64,000 bases of DNA from Sphaerodactylus townsendi (GCF_021028975.2 NC_059436.1:25916001-25980000), one strand, 5' to 3'. Shown: positions 13,146-26,439, counted from the first letter of the stretch. Program-made: numbers and translations. The notes: generated by a model not told the origin, from the sequence alone.

Positions 13146-14457
13146 ATTTCTCCATTTCTGTGCATACTAGTACTATGTCCTTGCCTTTTCTCCACTCCTG
13201 AGTAAACAGAGGAGGGGGTCTGCCTGGAAGAGAGAAGGAACCCCAAGGATGAGGGGCCCAGGAAAGTATTCCTTCCACACTGGAACCGGACTCCAGCAGT
13301 GGAAACCTCCCCTCCCCACAGCCAGAAGCCACTGGATGAGGCTTGCCCAGGAAAGATACCACCTGCCTGGATGCTGGCCATTTTTTAAGTTGGCATGCTG
13401 CCCAATGCAACCTGGGGCCGTTCTAATGGTTGCCATGAACATTTTCAAAGTCCTCACTAACAGGTCTAAGATCACCTCCAGCAACTCAGTCGGAAGACCA
13501 AGGAGCAGCCCAACCAGCTCCCAGGTGCCCTTTGGAAGGAACACGTGGTCTGTGTCAGCCACTGTTTGTGTGGCTGCCCGAGAAGGAAGGGAGCTGCCTG
13601 GAGGACATCAACCATCCTCCACGTGGCTCCTCCCTGACCCACTGGGTGCAGAACGACTGAGACGCCGCGTCTCAGTCCCACAGGGGCCAGGTCAACCCGC
13701 TTACGGCTACTCAGGTCCCAACGCAATTCTTCTTCATGTTAAAGCACATTGAGGCCAAAGTGGAGAAAATATCCACTAATATCTCTTTGGATGGGATGGT
13801 TCTGGTGCTCCTGTATTCACCACAGCACGCATCAGCAACACGCATCTTACAGCATCTATCATGCCAGAGAAAGTTTTCTGTTCTTATGGCCCCATCACTG
13901 GCTTGGCCCATGGGGGAGGCCAACAGGGGAGGGAGGGGGGCCAGCAGTCTTCTTGCCTGTCGTTGCTCACCCCTCCTGCAAATGCTCTGCAGCACAAGCA
14001 GAGTTTGGCCACCGGGGTGCCAGTGTGCTCGCCGTGCCCTGCGGCCCCCCACTGCTCTCAGATCAATGAGGACGAGCTTTCCCCTCGACAGACTTCACCA
14101 TATCTCCATCGCTGCGGACCAGCCATGCCCTACACAGCCCAGCCTGCCCTGGATCCAGAGGCCTTTCCCAAACACAAAAGGAGAAGAAAGGGCCACTGCT
14201 TCTGGAGAGTCTGGAGCCCCATATCTCTGCTCCCCCCCCCCCATTAACTATGGAACACTTTGTGCCCAATTGCAGGAAATCAAACATGGATTCCTCAAGG
14301 GAAGGGAAGGGGAGACAGCTGAGCCGGGGTGGGAGGGGGCGGCAAGGGAGCAGCAGCAGCAGCAGCAGCCGCCGCCTCTGGCCTCCTCCTCCCCCTGCTG
14401 GATCTGCTTCTCAAGTCTATGGGAGCACAGCAGAGAATGCAACCGCCCTCCCCACTG

Positions 14458-14677
14458 TAGGTGGGGCAGCCAACTCCACAGTAGGGAAATCCCTGGAGAG
14501 TTGGGGGGTGGGGCCTGAGGAGGGCAGGGGGTGGGGAGGGGAGGGGCCTCCGCAGGGCATCATGCCGTAGAGTAGAGTCCACCGTCCACTTTACCCAGGG
14601 GAACTGGCCCCCCTCTAGCATGAAGATCAGCTCCACTTCCAGATTTCCAGGCCGCACCTGGAGGTTGGCAACCCCTA
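14458..14677. mobile_element. Degenerate hAT-like MITE with TAGGG(G)TTGCCA-type end
   Basis: Right end ctggaggttggcaacccctag; left end degenerate (ggcagccaactcc); no clear TSD. Confidence 0.45.
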
Positions 14678-14894
14678 GTAAGTAAGCTGGGGATCACCTG
14701 GGGCTCTGTGGGTCACTGAGTAGGATAGCTTGAATTCAAGGGGCTGAAAAGGAAACCTTTCCTTGGGGAGGGGATTGTTACCATCCTTTGTCCGGTGGAT
14801 GTTTGGGACTTGAAAGCCGCCACAGGAGAAACCAGGGGGAGGGAGATAACCTATTGGTTTAAAAATGATTTTTTAATGAGTGTGATGCAATAAT

Positions 14895-15080
14895 GGCCTG
14901 GATGGTCCAACCCTGTCAGTTCTCAGAAACTAGGCAGGGTCGACCCCGGTTGGGGCTGGGATGGGAGTCCAGGAAGGAGAGGACGGCCACACACCTCTGA
15001 GCCTCTCCTGCCTGGAAATCCCCACCCCAGGGATGACCACCAGTCAGCTGCTGCAACCTGACAACACTTTCCAGCACCAC
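14895..15080 (+). mobile_element. 5S rRNA-derived SINE, degenerate; related copies at ~23975-24160 (-), ~38815-38925 (-), ~57130-57285 (-)
   Basis: Head resembles the 5S internal promoter region (gaagctaagcagggtc...gtacttggatgggagacc), followed by an RTE-like tail. Confidence 0.55.
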
Positions 15081-15143
15081 CGTAGAGCGGCCTCGGAGCC
15101 GCTGCTTTCTCTCCCTGCCTCTTGCTGTATTATCATTCTAAAC

Positions 15144-15488
15144 CAGAGGCGGAGCGCTCACAGGGATACGTGGGGCCACGTGTCCCCAGGCGCACGCCAG
15201 CTGGTCACGTGGGGGTGGAGAATCACCCCTTCCCCTCCCCTCGGCCCCACCCCACCAGGCTGCTCCTTCAGCCAGTAGAGCAGCCCAGCTGGGCCGCCTC
15301 TGGGTGCCCCTCGGTGGCCAGCCAGGCTGCTCCTTCGGCCGACGGAGGCTCCACCAGCGAAAGGAGCAGCCGGGTGGGGCAGGATCAAGGGACACCCCGT
15401 GGAGGTCTAGACAGGTAAGTGGGGCACAGGGGGGGGGGGCGGGGCTTCCTGAGCAGGTTTTGCCCCATTTTCTCCCCCTGCGCCTCTG
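15144..15488. mobile_element. Non-autonomous hAT with CAGAGGCG termini
   Basis: Ends CAGAGGCG...CGCCTCTG; TSD ttctaaac / atctaaac. Confidence 0.8.
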
Positions 15489-15699
15489 ATCTAAACTGTA
15501 CATTGTGGGGGTTTCTTCTGCTTGTGATGCATTAGGCCTTTTATGGAATGTAAGCTGTGAGTCATCTGTACTTCAAAGAAATACGTATGTTCAGGAAGCA
15601 GCTTTTTAAAAGTCTGTTAAGTAAGTCAAAGTCTGCATTTCCACCTATAGGGAAACTGCTAACCTGGGGGATTTGAATGGTTCATAATTTGATTGGTAT

Positions 15700-16505
15700 C
15701 ACATAGGGGCAAAAAATCCAAACTTCACATACACGCTACAGGGGTCAGTGCTATCAGTCACAGACCAGGAAAGGGATTTGGGCGTCTTAGTTGATAGTTC
15801 CATGGGAATGTCAACTCAATGCATGGCAGCTGTGAAAAAGGCAAACTCTATGCTGGGGATCATTAGAAAAGGAATTGATAATAAAACTGCAAAGATTGTC
15901 ATGCCCTTATATAAAGCAGTGGTGCGACCGCACTTGGAGTACTGTGTTCAGTTCTGGTCGCCACATCTCAAAAAGGATATCAAAGAGATAGAAAAAGTGC
16001 AGAGAAGGGCAACGAGGATGATCGAGGGATTGGAGCACCTTCCTTATGAGGAGAGGCTGCAGCGTTGGGACTCTTTAGTTTGGAGAGGAGACGTCTGAGG
16101 GGGGATATGATTGAAGTCTATAAAATTATGCATCGGGTAGAAAATGTTGACAGAGAAATTAGGACTAATAAAAGGAAACGCTTATTCACGCAACATGTGA
16201 TTGGTGTTTGGATTATGCTGCCACAGGAGGTGGTGATGGCCACTAACCTGGATAGCTTTAAAAAGGGTTTGGACAGATTTATGGAGGAGAAGTCGATCTC
16301 TGGCTACCAGTCTTGATCCTCCTTGATCTGAGATTGCAAATGCCTTAGCAGATCAGGTGCTCGGGAACAGCAGCAGCAGAAGGCCATTGCTTTCACCTCC
16401 TGCAGGTGAGCTCCCAAAGGCACCTGGTGGGCCACTGCGAGTAGCAGAGTGCTGGACTAGAAGGACTCTGGTCTGATCCAGCAGGCTAGTTCTTATGTTC
16501 TTATG
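15700..16505 (+). mobile_element. 5'-truncated CR1 LINE with an internal deletion
   Basis: RT C-terminal peptide ERDLGVLVDSS...RPHLEYCVQFWSPHLKKD; (TTCTTATG)n tail. Confidence 0.95.
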
Positions 16506-17229
16506 AGGTATTTCAAGAACTTTGACTCTTGAAAGCTGATACCCTAGAAATCTTGTCGGTCTTCAAGGTGCTTCAAGGAGTCAACTCTTGCTCTTTTCTG
16601 GCACCTGTGGCATTATGTTTAATGGGATTAATTAATATTGGTAAATGTTATGATTTTTCAAATGACCATATTGTATTTTTTACTATGTGAACTATGTTGA
16701 ATGGGTAGGGTTAGGGTGAGGCAGCCTCCTTTTCTGAAGAAGGACAGGGAATGACCCCCAAGTCACACCTTGAGGCCTGAAATGCCAGACCCAAGGCCGT
16801 CCAGGTGCCCTTTCAGTAGCGTGGCTGGCCGCCCACTCTTGCTTAGCATCGCCAGAGCTAGGAAAAAGACCTGAATCTGGAGCGCACAGAGATGATTATT
16901 TCTCACCCAGAAGAACACGGATTGATAAATGCACCTGGAGAGACTCACTTGGCAAAGGAGGGGGCTGGTGGCGCCGGGGCCAGATGGGCATGATGCCAGC
17001 TGTGTGTGCTACCTGCTCCCTTTGTTTGGATCCTGGAGTGGCTTATCCATTGGTAACAAATTGTCTGCAAATAAATTGTGCTACAGGGTAATACATTTTC
17101 CTTGGACCCTAAGTAAATAATATCCCAATAATTACCCCCCCCCCCCGCGCAGTTTTTATTACCAGCTACGCAGGACCCAAACGGATGGTGTCTCTTTGAC
17201 TGGCCAAGGCAACCATTCCGTGCTCCTCT

Positions 17230-20020
17230 TCTGCACACACTGGGCGGGGGGGGGGGGGGGCGCGCCGCACAGGAAGTCCCGCGGGGGCCCCTGCCAAGCG
17301 CCTGCCTGCCTGCCTGCCAGCCACTCCGTCGCCTCCTGACGCGCCTAAGGGCAGGTAGCAGCAGCAGCAAGGCGGGAGAAAGGAGCAGGGAGCCCCACCA
17401 GGCCTGCAGCAGCCGCAGCACCGTGTCCGGGGGCTGCGAGGTGGTTTGGAGGTATCCTCCCCCCCAAACTCCTCCCCTTCCTCTCCCTCCGAGGGACCCT
17501 TTGCCAGGTGGGGCGGAGGGAGTTCGGACTGCCCCCAGGCCGCCCCCGCCCCGCAGCGCGCTGCACGTGGAGCGAGGCGGGAAACACACTCTCCAGCCCA
17601 CCCCTCTTCCCCGAGGCGCTCCGCGGCGCTGGACCCAGGGGTCCGGCCTCCTCCTCCCCCCCGCCCCCGCGCCCTGGGGTGCCCTCGCTCTGCACGGAGA
17701 GCCCGGCAGCGGCGCAGGGCAGGCGGGGAGCCCCTCGGGGGCAGGAAGCCCTCCTCCTCCTCCTCCTCTGGCGCGGGGCAGCCGGGCAGCCAGCAGGCCG
17801 AACTTGGCACTCCCGCTCGGCGGCGGGCGGCAGACGAGCCTGGGCCAGGCTAGCACGCGCGCGGGGGGAGCTCGTCGTGACCCCTCAGGGCGGCCACCTG
17901 CGCTGGTAGCCCGGCCAGGCCCGAGACGGCGCCCCCCCGGCCCCTATCCTGTTGTGGGGGCACGAGCCTCCAGGTGCGAAGAGGGGAGCCTGCGCTAGGG
18001 AGGCGGGCCGCCCCCGGCCATTCCGGGAGAGCTCCAGGCGGGAGAGAGGTCTGGCGGCCGGGAGCTACGACCGGGCTGCTCTCTCCGGCTCCGCTTGTGG
18101 ACCCGGAGTCCGCGCTCACCCCCGGCACCCGCCAGCCTCTTCGCCGGAACGCCCTTGGCGGGCCGGGGGCCTCCCTCCGGCAGAAAAGCCCCCGGGGCCC
18201 CTCAGCCCCAGCCTCCCCCGGAGAAGGCAGCTGCCTGCTCGCCCAGCCTGGCCCCCCCGCCTGGGGCTGCTCACCCCCCCGGCCGCCCCCGGCCGCGCTC
18301 CGCTTGGAGGGCTCCGCTTGGACGGGGGCGCCGGCTGTGGACCCCCCCCCCCGCCGCCTCCTCCTCCCCGCCCGGCGGCAGCGCGGTGGGCGGGGATTGG
18401 CGAGACCGTCCCCTCCGCCGCGCTCCCCTCCCTCCCTCCCCGCTCGCTCGCTCGCTCGCCCGCTCGCCTGTGCGGTTGGCGCGGGCAGCAGCGGGCGCTC
18501 GGAGCGGCTGGCAGTAGCGGGGCGGGCAGGCGGGCGGGCGAGGGAGCCAGCCAGGCAGCCAGCCGGCGAGGGGAGCAGCGCCGCCGCCGCCGAGCGTCGG
18601 ACGACGGGGGAAGCTGGCGAGGGCCGGGCAGGGACGCGGGACGAGGCAGGGCGCCCGCCCGCCCGCGGCACCGGCCCCCCTGGATGGCATGTGGCTGGTC
18701 ACTTGTCTCCTTCTGCTCCACTCCTGGGCCCGGCCAGGTAAGCACGCGGGCGCCCCGTCGGGCCTCGGGCGGGCAGGGCGCGCCGCGAACTTTCCTGGGG
18801 GATGGGGAGTGCTGGACGGACGCCTGGAGGAGCCCCCTGCCTGCCCTCCGACACTGGCGAGAGCCCCTGCCCCCCTCCGCGGTCTTGCTGTCGCCGCCCC
18901 CCCCCGGAGCGTTCGGCCAGGGGGCTGCTACGGAGAGCCCGAGAGCACGTCCAGACCCGCGCTTGCGGCGGCGGGGGGTGGGATGCCTCGGGGAGCAGAG
19001 GGGTCCGAGGAGCGTCCGTGTGCCAGGGCGGGGGCGGGGCGGAGGGCTGGTGGCCCCCCTGCCTTGTGGGGCGGGGGTGGGGCGCGACCTATATTGTGCT
19101 CGGGAGTGCTTTGGGGTTGGCCGGGGGGGGGACCTTCTGGTCCTCCTCCTCATCCCCAGGGGGGAGCCGGCCAAAGGCGGTCGGGCAGCCCTCCGTTCCC
19201 ATCCGCGGGATGCGGGTCTTTGGCCGCCAGAGAGGGACCGAGCGGGTCGGGGGGGGGCGGCGGCGGTGGTGGTGTCGGAATCCCTGAGCTGGCAGTTGTG
19301 GCCATTAACCCTTTGCATCCTCGGAGCGCCGCTCGGCAGGAGAATTGAACGGAGCGCCTCCCTCCCTCCCCCCGTCCGTAGAATCCCCCCCCCCACGAGA
19401 GGCCACCTGACAGAGGCCCGCCTCCGGGCAGCACCTGGCCCACGACCGCGCCCCGGGCTCCCCGTCCAGTCGGACTCCTGTCCTCCCCCCACCCCCAGTT
19501 TTGAAAGTGGTTTCCCAGCCAGGTTCTCGTTCCTGAGAGAGACCCCATGCGGCGCCCCCCCAGTAAGAAGGCGTCTCTTCTCCGGGTGGGAGCCCTGGAG
19601 CCCAGGCAGCCGTGGAGCTGCATCCCGGGATGGAAACCGGGCGCCCCTCGAAGGACGCCCTCCCGGTCAAGGGACGGGCGGGCGGGCGGGCAGGGGCATG
19701 TTGCATGGGGTGAAATTACAAGTCCATCTGGTGGAATCGATCCTGTTACATAAAAGCACGGCCAGCCCGTCCCCTCCGTTGGGTGCATCATTTGTGACCC
19801 ACCAGCACAATATCGCCAGCCCTGCATTTGGGGCGGGGGTGGCACAGCCTCGCTTGGCTCCCCTTCTTCTAAAGTGAGGGTTTCTCCTGTGGGGGCTTCC
19901 AGAGCCACGCAAAGCTCTGCCCCCCTGGCGGGCTGCTCCCCCCCCCCCCCGGAGGCACCAGAAACCGAGCGGGGGGAGAGATGGAGGCGCAGATCGGGGA
20001 TGGGCACCGGAGCGGAGCAG
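17230..20020. promoter_or_regulatory. CpG island: DSCAML1 promoter, 5'UTR and start of intron 1
   Basis: Very GC- and CpG-rich stretch around exon 1, with GC boxes (GGGGCGGGGC) and (CCCT)n/(GCTC)n tracts at ~18425-18470; TSS not determinable from sequence. Confidence 0.9.
18689..18737 (+). CDS. DSCAML1: DSCAML1 coding exon 1 (signal peptide MWLVTCLLLLHSWARP)
   Basis: ATG at 18689 in a CpG island; hydrophobic leader resembling mammalian MWLVTFLLLL; donor CAG|GTAAGC at 18737/18738; 49 nt (phase 1), joins exon 2 in frame. Confidence 0.93.
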
Positions 20021-22024
20021 AAACCGCTCTTCACGGGGACAGATTGTGAACGCGTCTCTTGAATGTGTCGAGTGCCTCGTTCAGCGGCGTGACACAAGTG
20101 ATTGCAAATGATGGAACTTTTTATGAACGCCAGGGTCCCCTTCTTTCGGGCTATCTGTGTGTGCGCGCGCGTGTGGTGTGTGTGTGTGTGCGTGCGTAGG
20201 AGCCGAGAACGTTCCCCAAATGTCTCTCTGTGCGCAGGAGGGTTTGGTCGTTGCCACCATCAATGCCCGCATCTGATTTGCCTGTATTTGCATTTCATCA
20301 GTGCGCCAGCAAGAGGGGAAGCCGCCACCATGGCTGCAAATGTTTCTCTGGGTTTTGCTATCAAAATAACAACTTTGATTATTTTCGATCCTTGTGGCTG
20401 GGAGCGGAGAGAGTCTTTGGCGGCAGCTGGTGCATCTCCGAGAAGACCAATTTGAGTCTTCCGCGGCAGACCCAAAAACCACCTCCCCCCCCCACCCTTT
20501 TGGAAGCCATGATTTTTTTTTAATGGACCCAACTGCTTCTTTGTTAGAAAGTGTTAAAATTGAGCGACTGCAGAATGTCAGTCGTAATCTGGTGGGGGTT
20601 AAATTACGCGGGGATAAAAAAATCCAGATTGCTGAATGCATGGGAGACCCTTCAGATACTTAATATCTATGGGCATCAGAGCAAAACATTTTAATGTGTT
20701 TGAGCTGCAGAGAAAAGGGGCTGCTGGAACAGCCCCCACCCCCCAGCAAATAAGCATTTGATCCAAGGAAACACTAAAGTTGGAGAAAATTCCTCAGTGG
20801 GGTTGGAGCCAGATAGATTTCCCAGGTTATTTCAGAGCCCCCCCAGCGCAGCCTGGGCAGCCGGAGCGCAACTGTGGGAGCTCAGAGGGCAGGAGCTGCC
20901 CTGGAATTGCTTTTATGACTTGGGAGAGGAAGGATGCGAGCGACTCTGTCCGCTCCTTCGCTTGGAGCCACAGACGGGAGATCCCTGCCTGGCTGGAAGG
21001 GGGACGCCTGCGATCCTTTTTGCCCCCACCCATCTCTGCACACTAGTTTGTTCTGTCTGGCTTCTTTTTATGCTCCTTTCTGTATTAAAATCAGCCAGCG
21101 ATGGGGAGCTCGTTTGACAGTTCTTGGCCCCCTCCCTCCCTCCCTCCCTCCCTCCCTCCTCATTGCGATCTGCTTTGTTTGTCTGGGAAATTAAACATGG
21201 AATCCTTATGAAGCTGCCATGGAGGACAGTTATTGTTAGGAGCCAACACAGAGTGTCAGGATTCGTGGCTCCCCCACCCTGGCTTCTTGTCGTGGATGAT
21301 ATGGCCCCTGGCTTGGATCTTTCCTGACCCCTCTGGAGACCCTTAAAATCCCACCTGAGCTCCGCCATTACCCACACTGCTTGGAATGTGTGCCCTTCTC
21401 TAGAGGGAGTGAGGAGCCGCCTGGTTCCCGAGTTTGGGAATGGGCTCCTGTGACATGCAGCGGAGGCCCCCCTTCCCATGTTAACTGGGCCAAGTGATTC
21501 TGTGCAGAATTTCAGGCGCATCTATTCATGCTCCAGGCATTCTCCATATCCTTCTGTTACGGTTCTCTGTCCCCTGCCAGGCTGGTACGAGGGGAGCGTG
21601 AATTTGCCTCCCTGTATTACTCCCAACAGCTGGGGAGCTCTGTGAGAGATTACAGCCCATGGCGTCTCTTGCTTTCTCTAGCTCCACTCCTCACAACATG
21701 GCGGTCCACACACTCTTCAATGTGCTTAGAGGTGTGAATTCATCCCTTACCCAAACCGCATGAACCAAGCACCAGCTGCTCTCTGGCAGAGGCGGCAGCA
21801 GTAGATCTCCCACATTCGGAGTCTGGGTGCTGCTTGGTTCCCAAATTAGGAATAACGTATTTGGAAAAGTGTCTCCAATCTCAGCTGTTTGGGAAACCAG
21901 AAAAGGATAAGATGATTTACTGTATCTAAAAGGAAAAGCAGAAAATTTGCAGGATTTCTACACTGCCTCTCATCTGTCTCTTTGTGCTTTGTGGTTTTCT
22001 TTTTGAACTAGCCTTGGGGAGGAA

Positions 22025-22215
22025 AAGGAACCTCCATGTACAAAGGCAGCAAACCTCTGAATCCCAGGGCTATTAGAAAACACCAGGGGAAGACCTTGGC
22101 TTCGATGTCATGTCTGTTGGGCAGCTGGGTCAAACAGGATGCTCCACTACATGCACCATTGATCTGCTACAACGGGGTGCCTCTCCTGTGCTCCGGCTGT
22201 GTTTTCATGTTCTTA
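22025..22215 (+). mobile_element. Older CR1 3'UTR remnant; similar remnants at ~1-110, ~47400-47700 (-), ~63290-63375 (+)
   Basis: ggaacctccatgtacaaaggcagcaaacctctgaat... ending ttcatgttctta. Confidence 0.5.
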
Positions 22216-22775
22216 AACTTGTGGTAAAAGCAAACATAATTTTTCTTCAAAAGCGTTTATAAGTGCAGATTTAGGTTTGTCTGAGACACAAGATTCAGTA
22301 GCTCAGCCTTGTGGGGGAGATGTGGCGAGGTAGGTATTGCTCAGCACCACTCCTGCCTCTCCTGATGCCCTCTTGGCCTGTCCCTGGTCGAAGGTGTGCT
22401 GCCCTGGATGTGGGCAGGTGAGTATGTGCGCTCCTGTGTGGCCAGTGGACTGCTGTCAGCAGGTGGGCAATTCAGCCCTCGGAAACAGATCGTAGTGAAC
22501 AAAAGCCTCCGGAGGAAGTGCCAGTCAGAGAGGGAAAATACAGCTCACTTGATCGGATGTTCCGGCTGCTTTAGCTCACTCTTGTGGGTGAAAGGGAGTG
22601 TCCCGGCTTCCCTTCCGTAGCCAAGCTCCTCCTAGCAAATCTGTGCTTGAAGAAGTCCAGTGAGAAAGCAGAATGGCGGCTGCCATAGGATGGTGACAAA
22701 TGAACCCCTTGGTCTGGACAAAGCAGAAACATTAGTATTGCAGTACTTCTCGGTTGCAGTTTCCTGCCATCGAAG

Positions 22776-23832
22776 ACATAAGAACATAAGAACTAGCCTG
22801 CTGGATCAGACCAGAGTCCATCTAGTCCAGCACTCTGCTACTTGCAGTGGCCCACCAGGTGCCTTTGGGAGCTCACGTGCAGGAGGTGAAAGCAATGGCC
22901 TTCTGCGGCTGCTGCTCCTGAGCACCTGGTCTGCTAAGGCATTTGCAATCTGAGATCAAGGAGGATCAAGACTGGTAGCCATAGATCGACTTCTCCTCCA
23001 TAAATCTGTCCAAGCCCTTTTTAAAGCTATCCAGGTTAGTGGCCATCACCACCTCCTGTGGCAGCAAATTCCAAACACCAACCACACGTTGTGTGAATAA
23101 GCATTTCCTTTTATTAGTCCTAATTCTTCCCCCCAGCATTTTCAATGAATGCCCGCTGGTTCCAGTATTGTGAGAAAGAGAGAAAAATTTCTCTCTGTCA
23201 ACATTTTCTACCCGATGCATAATTGTATAGACTTCAATCATATCCCCCCTCAGACGTCTCCTCTCCAAACTAAAGAGTCCCAAACCCTGCAGCCTCTCCT
23301 CATAAGGAAGGTACTCCAATCCCTCGATCATCCTCGTTGCCCTTCTCTGCACTTTTTCTATCTCTTCGATATCCTTTTTGAGATGCGGCGACCAGAACTG
23401 GACACAGTACTCCAAGTGCGGTCGCACCACTGCTTTATATAAGGGCATGACAATCCTTGCAGTTTTATTCTCAATTCCTTTCCTAATGATCCCCAGCATA
23501 GAGTTTGCCTTTTTCACAGCTGCCATGCATTGAGTTGACATTCCCATGGAACTATCAACTAAGACGCCCAAATCCCTTTCCTGGTTTGTGACTGATAGCA
23601 CTGACCCCTGTAGCGTGTATGTGAAGTCTGGATTTTTTGCCCCTATGTGCATCACTTTACATTTTGCTACATTGAACTGCATTTGCCATTTCTGAGCCCA
23701 CTCACCTAATTTATCAAGGTCCGCTTGGAGCTCTTCGCAATCCTTTGTGGTTCTCACCACCCTACATAATTTGGTATCATCTGCAAACTTGGCCACCACG
23801 CTACCCACCCCTACTTCCAGGTCATTTATGAA
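22776..23832 (-). mobile_element. 5'-truncated young CR1 LINE with an uninterrupted 280-aa RT/C-terminal frame
   Basis: ORF 22966-23808 with KFADDTKL and WQMQFNVAKCKVMH; (TAAGAACA)n end. Confidence 0.97.
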
Positions 23833-25198
23833 AAAACCATTGCTCTGTGAAAGCTCAGGGTGTGTTTTCTCCTGTGCTGGAAATGGCTGTACCTCATCTG
23901 CTGGGTGCTTTCGTGCTGCAGCTCAAAATGACGCCCCCTTGATGCCCTGTGTAAAGTGCCGCCGTCAAGTCACAGCCAACTCATGGTGACTCAATAGGAG
24001 TTTCAAGACCAAAGAAGTTTGGAGGCGGCTGGCCGTTGCCTTTCCTCTGGATCACGACCCTGGACTTGCTTCCTGGGTGGTCTCCCATCCAAGTACCAAC
24101 CAGAGCCACCGCTGCCGCTGCCACCCCTACTTGGCTTCTGAGGCTTGGCCAAATCAGGGGAGCCGGGGGGGGGGGGGCGTGCAGGTCAGGGTGTGCCAGC
24201 ACTGAAAGTGGGCTCTGAGCAAATGCTTTTAATATGTAGGTTACAGCCAAGGCCTGTGACCAGATGCTAGAAATGATTTCTGTTTTTAAAATATTGCAAG
24301 GCTATTTCTGTGTTTTTAATCTCTCATGGTGATTTGGAGACAGTTTTATGAAACATGGAATTAGGATTGTGCTTACTGTTAAATGGTAAAGGAGATTAGA
24401 TGGATTTAACTCTATGCGTCTGTCTCATAGCTACTACCAATCCCATAACTTCCATTTTCTATTAAAAAACATTCTGCCCCTTTTGACCTGCAAAAGCTTT
24501 TCTAGTAATTTGAATTTCTTATTGATGAGACATTTTTGACTCTCTCCCCCACCTTCCCCCCACCGCAGCCGCCATGTCTGTGCAGCTGGCCTTGCGCGGG
24601 GGCTCTTGCAGAGGGAACGGTCAAATGAGTCCTGCATTTCAGAGCTGGGAGTGGTGTCCTCCATTGCAGCGTCTTCTGTTGCTGCAGCTGGTAGTTTGGC
24701 GGGCCTCGCTGCGGCCTCCAGTGGAGTAGGGTGTGTTTTGGCGCACATCAGTTCATGTTCAGTGACTTTGTCTCGTTCGTATCACGCTAAACTGCCTCCT
24801 CCTTTGACATCCCTTCCCTCCCGCACAAAATGGCTATCTCCTGAGTCGGCCCACTGTCCCGTCAAGGCCAGTGTTCCCTCCTCTGACTGGCCGTGGCTCT
24901 CCGGGGTCTCCAGGTCTTCCACATCCCCTCCTCCTACCTGATCCCTTTGGCCGCAGGATGTCAGAATGGAACCTGGTGACTTCTGCAGGCAACGGAAAGG
25001 CTCTTCCAAGGAGCCTCGTGACCGGATTCAGGTTTGCAGACATGAGTTTGGCTCGTAGAGTTCATTTTCTGCCAGCAGTAGTGCAGGGGTGGAGCCAAAG
25101 CCCCATGGGCCACTGGGAGCTTGAATTGACCCTTGTCTAGCTGGGCATGACCTGTTCACACACTTGCTGGTGTGAATGTAACAGTGCAAGGCTTAGAT

Positions 25199-25315
25199 CA
25201 GGGGTGTCCAACTCTGGTGCCTACAATTCCCATCAGTCCCAATTCGCCATCCTGGCAGGGGCTGATGGGAATCGTAGTCCATGAACATCTGAAGCACCAG
25301 AGTTGGACACTCCTG
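25199..25315. mobile_element. Palindromic hAT MITE
   Basis: TIR CAGGGGTGTCCAACTCTGGTGC; TSD gcttagat / gtttagat. Confidence 0.88.
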
Positions 25316-26439
25316 GTTTAGATGATCCTGGCCAGAGCCAGGTGTGCTGGAGGCGGGGGGAGGGGGCAGGGGGACAGCTGCTTTATGCATTTTGATGGCC
25401 AAGTCTAGAAATCACTTTCTCCCACCCACAGGCTCTTCTGGGCAGTTCCAAATGGCTAAGAGGAAGGTGGAGGAAGATGATATCCACACCAGATAGATAG
25501 TAAATATCAGTCTACTGGCGAATGCCTGGCCAGTTTCTGCTGGCTGAGTGGATTCTTATAAAATATGATGGACGAGGTGGATCTTGGTCTGATTTGGTAA
25601 AGCAGTTCATGCAGTAACAAGGAAAGGGACAGGCCTCCCATCACTCAACACACTAAGGAGTTATAACTGGGCTGTTTCTGCTCTTGGTTTGGATACAGAG
25701 ATATAAACTTTTCAGAAATCCTGAAGCCACAGGGGAAAAAATATCCCCCCCCCTTTCAGGAAAAAAGGAAATGTTGGGAAAACTGAAATATATACAATAC
25801 ATACTTTCTGATCAAACCTATCCTTCTTTTACTGCTTTAACAATATAAAATATCTCTCTTCTTTCTTTGCATATAAAATGGTACTATTTGGAATATTTGT
25901 GGAATTTAAAAACACAAATATCTTCATTTTCTATAAGAAAAACTGAATGTATACCAAATGACTTGTATACTGTGTTTTTTAATTGTAAGCTGTCTAGTTT
26001 AAATAAATAAATGTATATTTGAGAAGGATTTGCAAACTGCTGTACCTTATAGCACTGTAGCGCATGGATCTTCTGTAGTTAACAATTCATGAAGTGGATT
26101 ATTTGGACCAGGACTCTCTCATAAAGGCACAGTAGGGTTACCAGCATGTTTGGATATTAAGCCAGCCTTTAAAACACTGAAAAGTCACTGCATAAACCCA
26201 TTACAGCATGTTAAGTGTTATTAAAATTATTTACATTTTTTAAAACCTTGAAATGTTGCATACGTCTACAGTTAAAAAACAGCTCTCTTGTTTCCCAAAT
26301 TTCCCAACTGGAAAAATGGAAAAAGTCCTCACGTTATGCATTTTAAGTGTGGAAAACCTTGCCTTAAGAAGCATTTAATTCATTTTAAAACAGAAAATGT
26401 TTCACATGTCTTTCCAGTGCTTGCTTGTCAGTTGCATGT

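Noticed and set aside
14059-14079. Peptide QINEDEL resembling the FXYD2 C-terminus (FXYD genes neighbour DSCAML1 in mammals)
   Set aside because: No stop follows and I found no FXYD motif or transmembrane exon upstream; probably chance, and a TBLASTN search would settle it
13173-14518. Cluster of 110-260-aa ORFs on both strands
   Set aside because: No recognisable family, splice structure or consistent frame
17410-17440. Possible REST/RE1 site near the promoter
   Set aside because: Half-site spacing and key bases do not fit TTCAGCACCnnGGACAG
18738-19348. Continuation of the MWLVT ORF to 219 aa
   Set aside because: Reads through the strong GTAAGC donor into intron 1; only the first 16 codons are DSCAML1
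17952-19877. 641-aa + ORF and overlapping 458/315/303/273-aa ORFs across the CpG island
   Set aside because: Arg/Pro/Gly/Ala-rich, open on both strands at once, no domain recognised; expected from stop-codon scarcity in GC-rich DNA
22966-23808. Intact 280-aa RT-like ORF as a possible domesticated gene
   Set aside because: Near-identical to the other CR1 copies and 5'-truncated; simply a young insertion
23975-24160. 5S rRNA-like sequence
   Set aside because: Degenerate, interrupted and fused to a retroposon tail; a SINE head, not an rRNA gene
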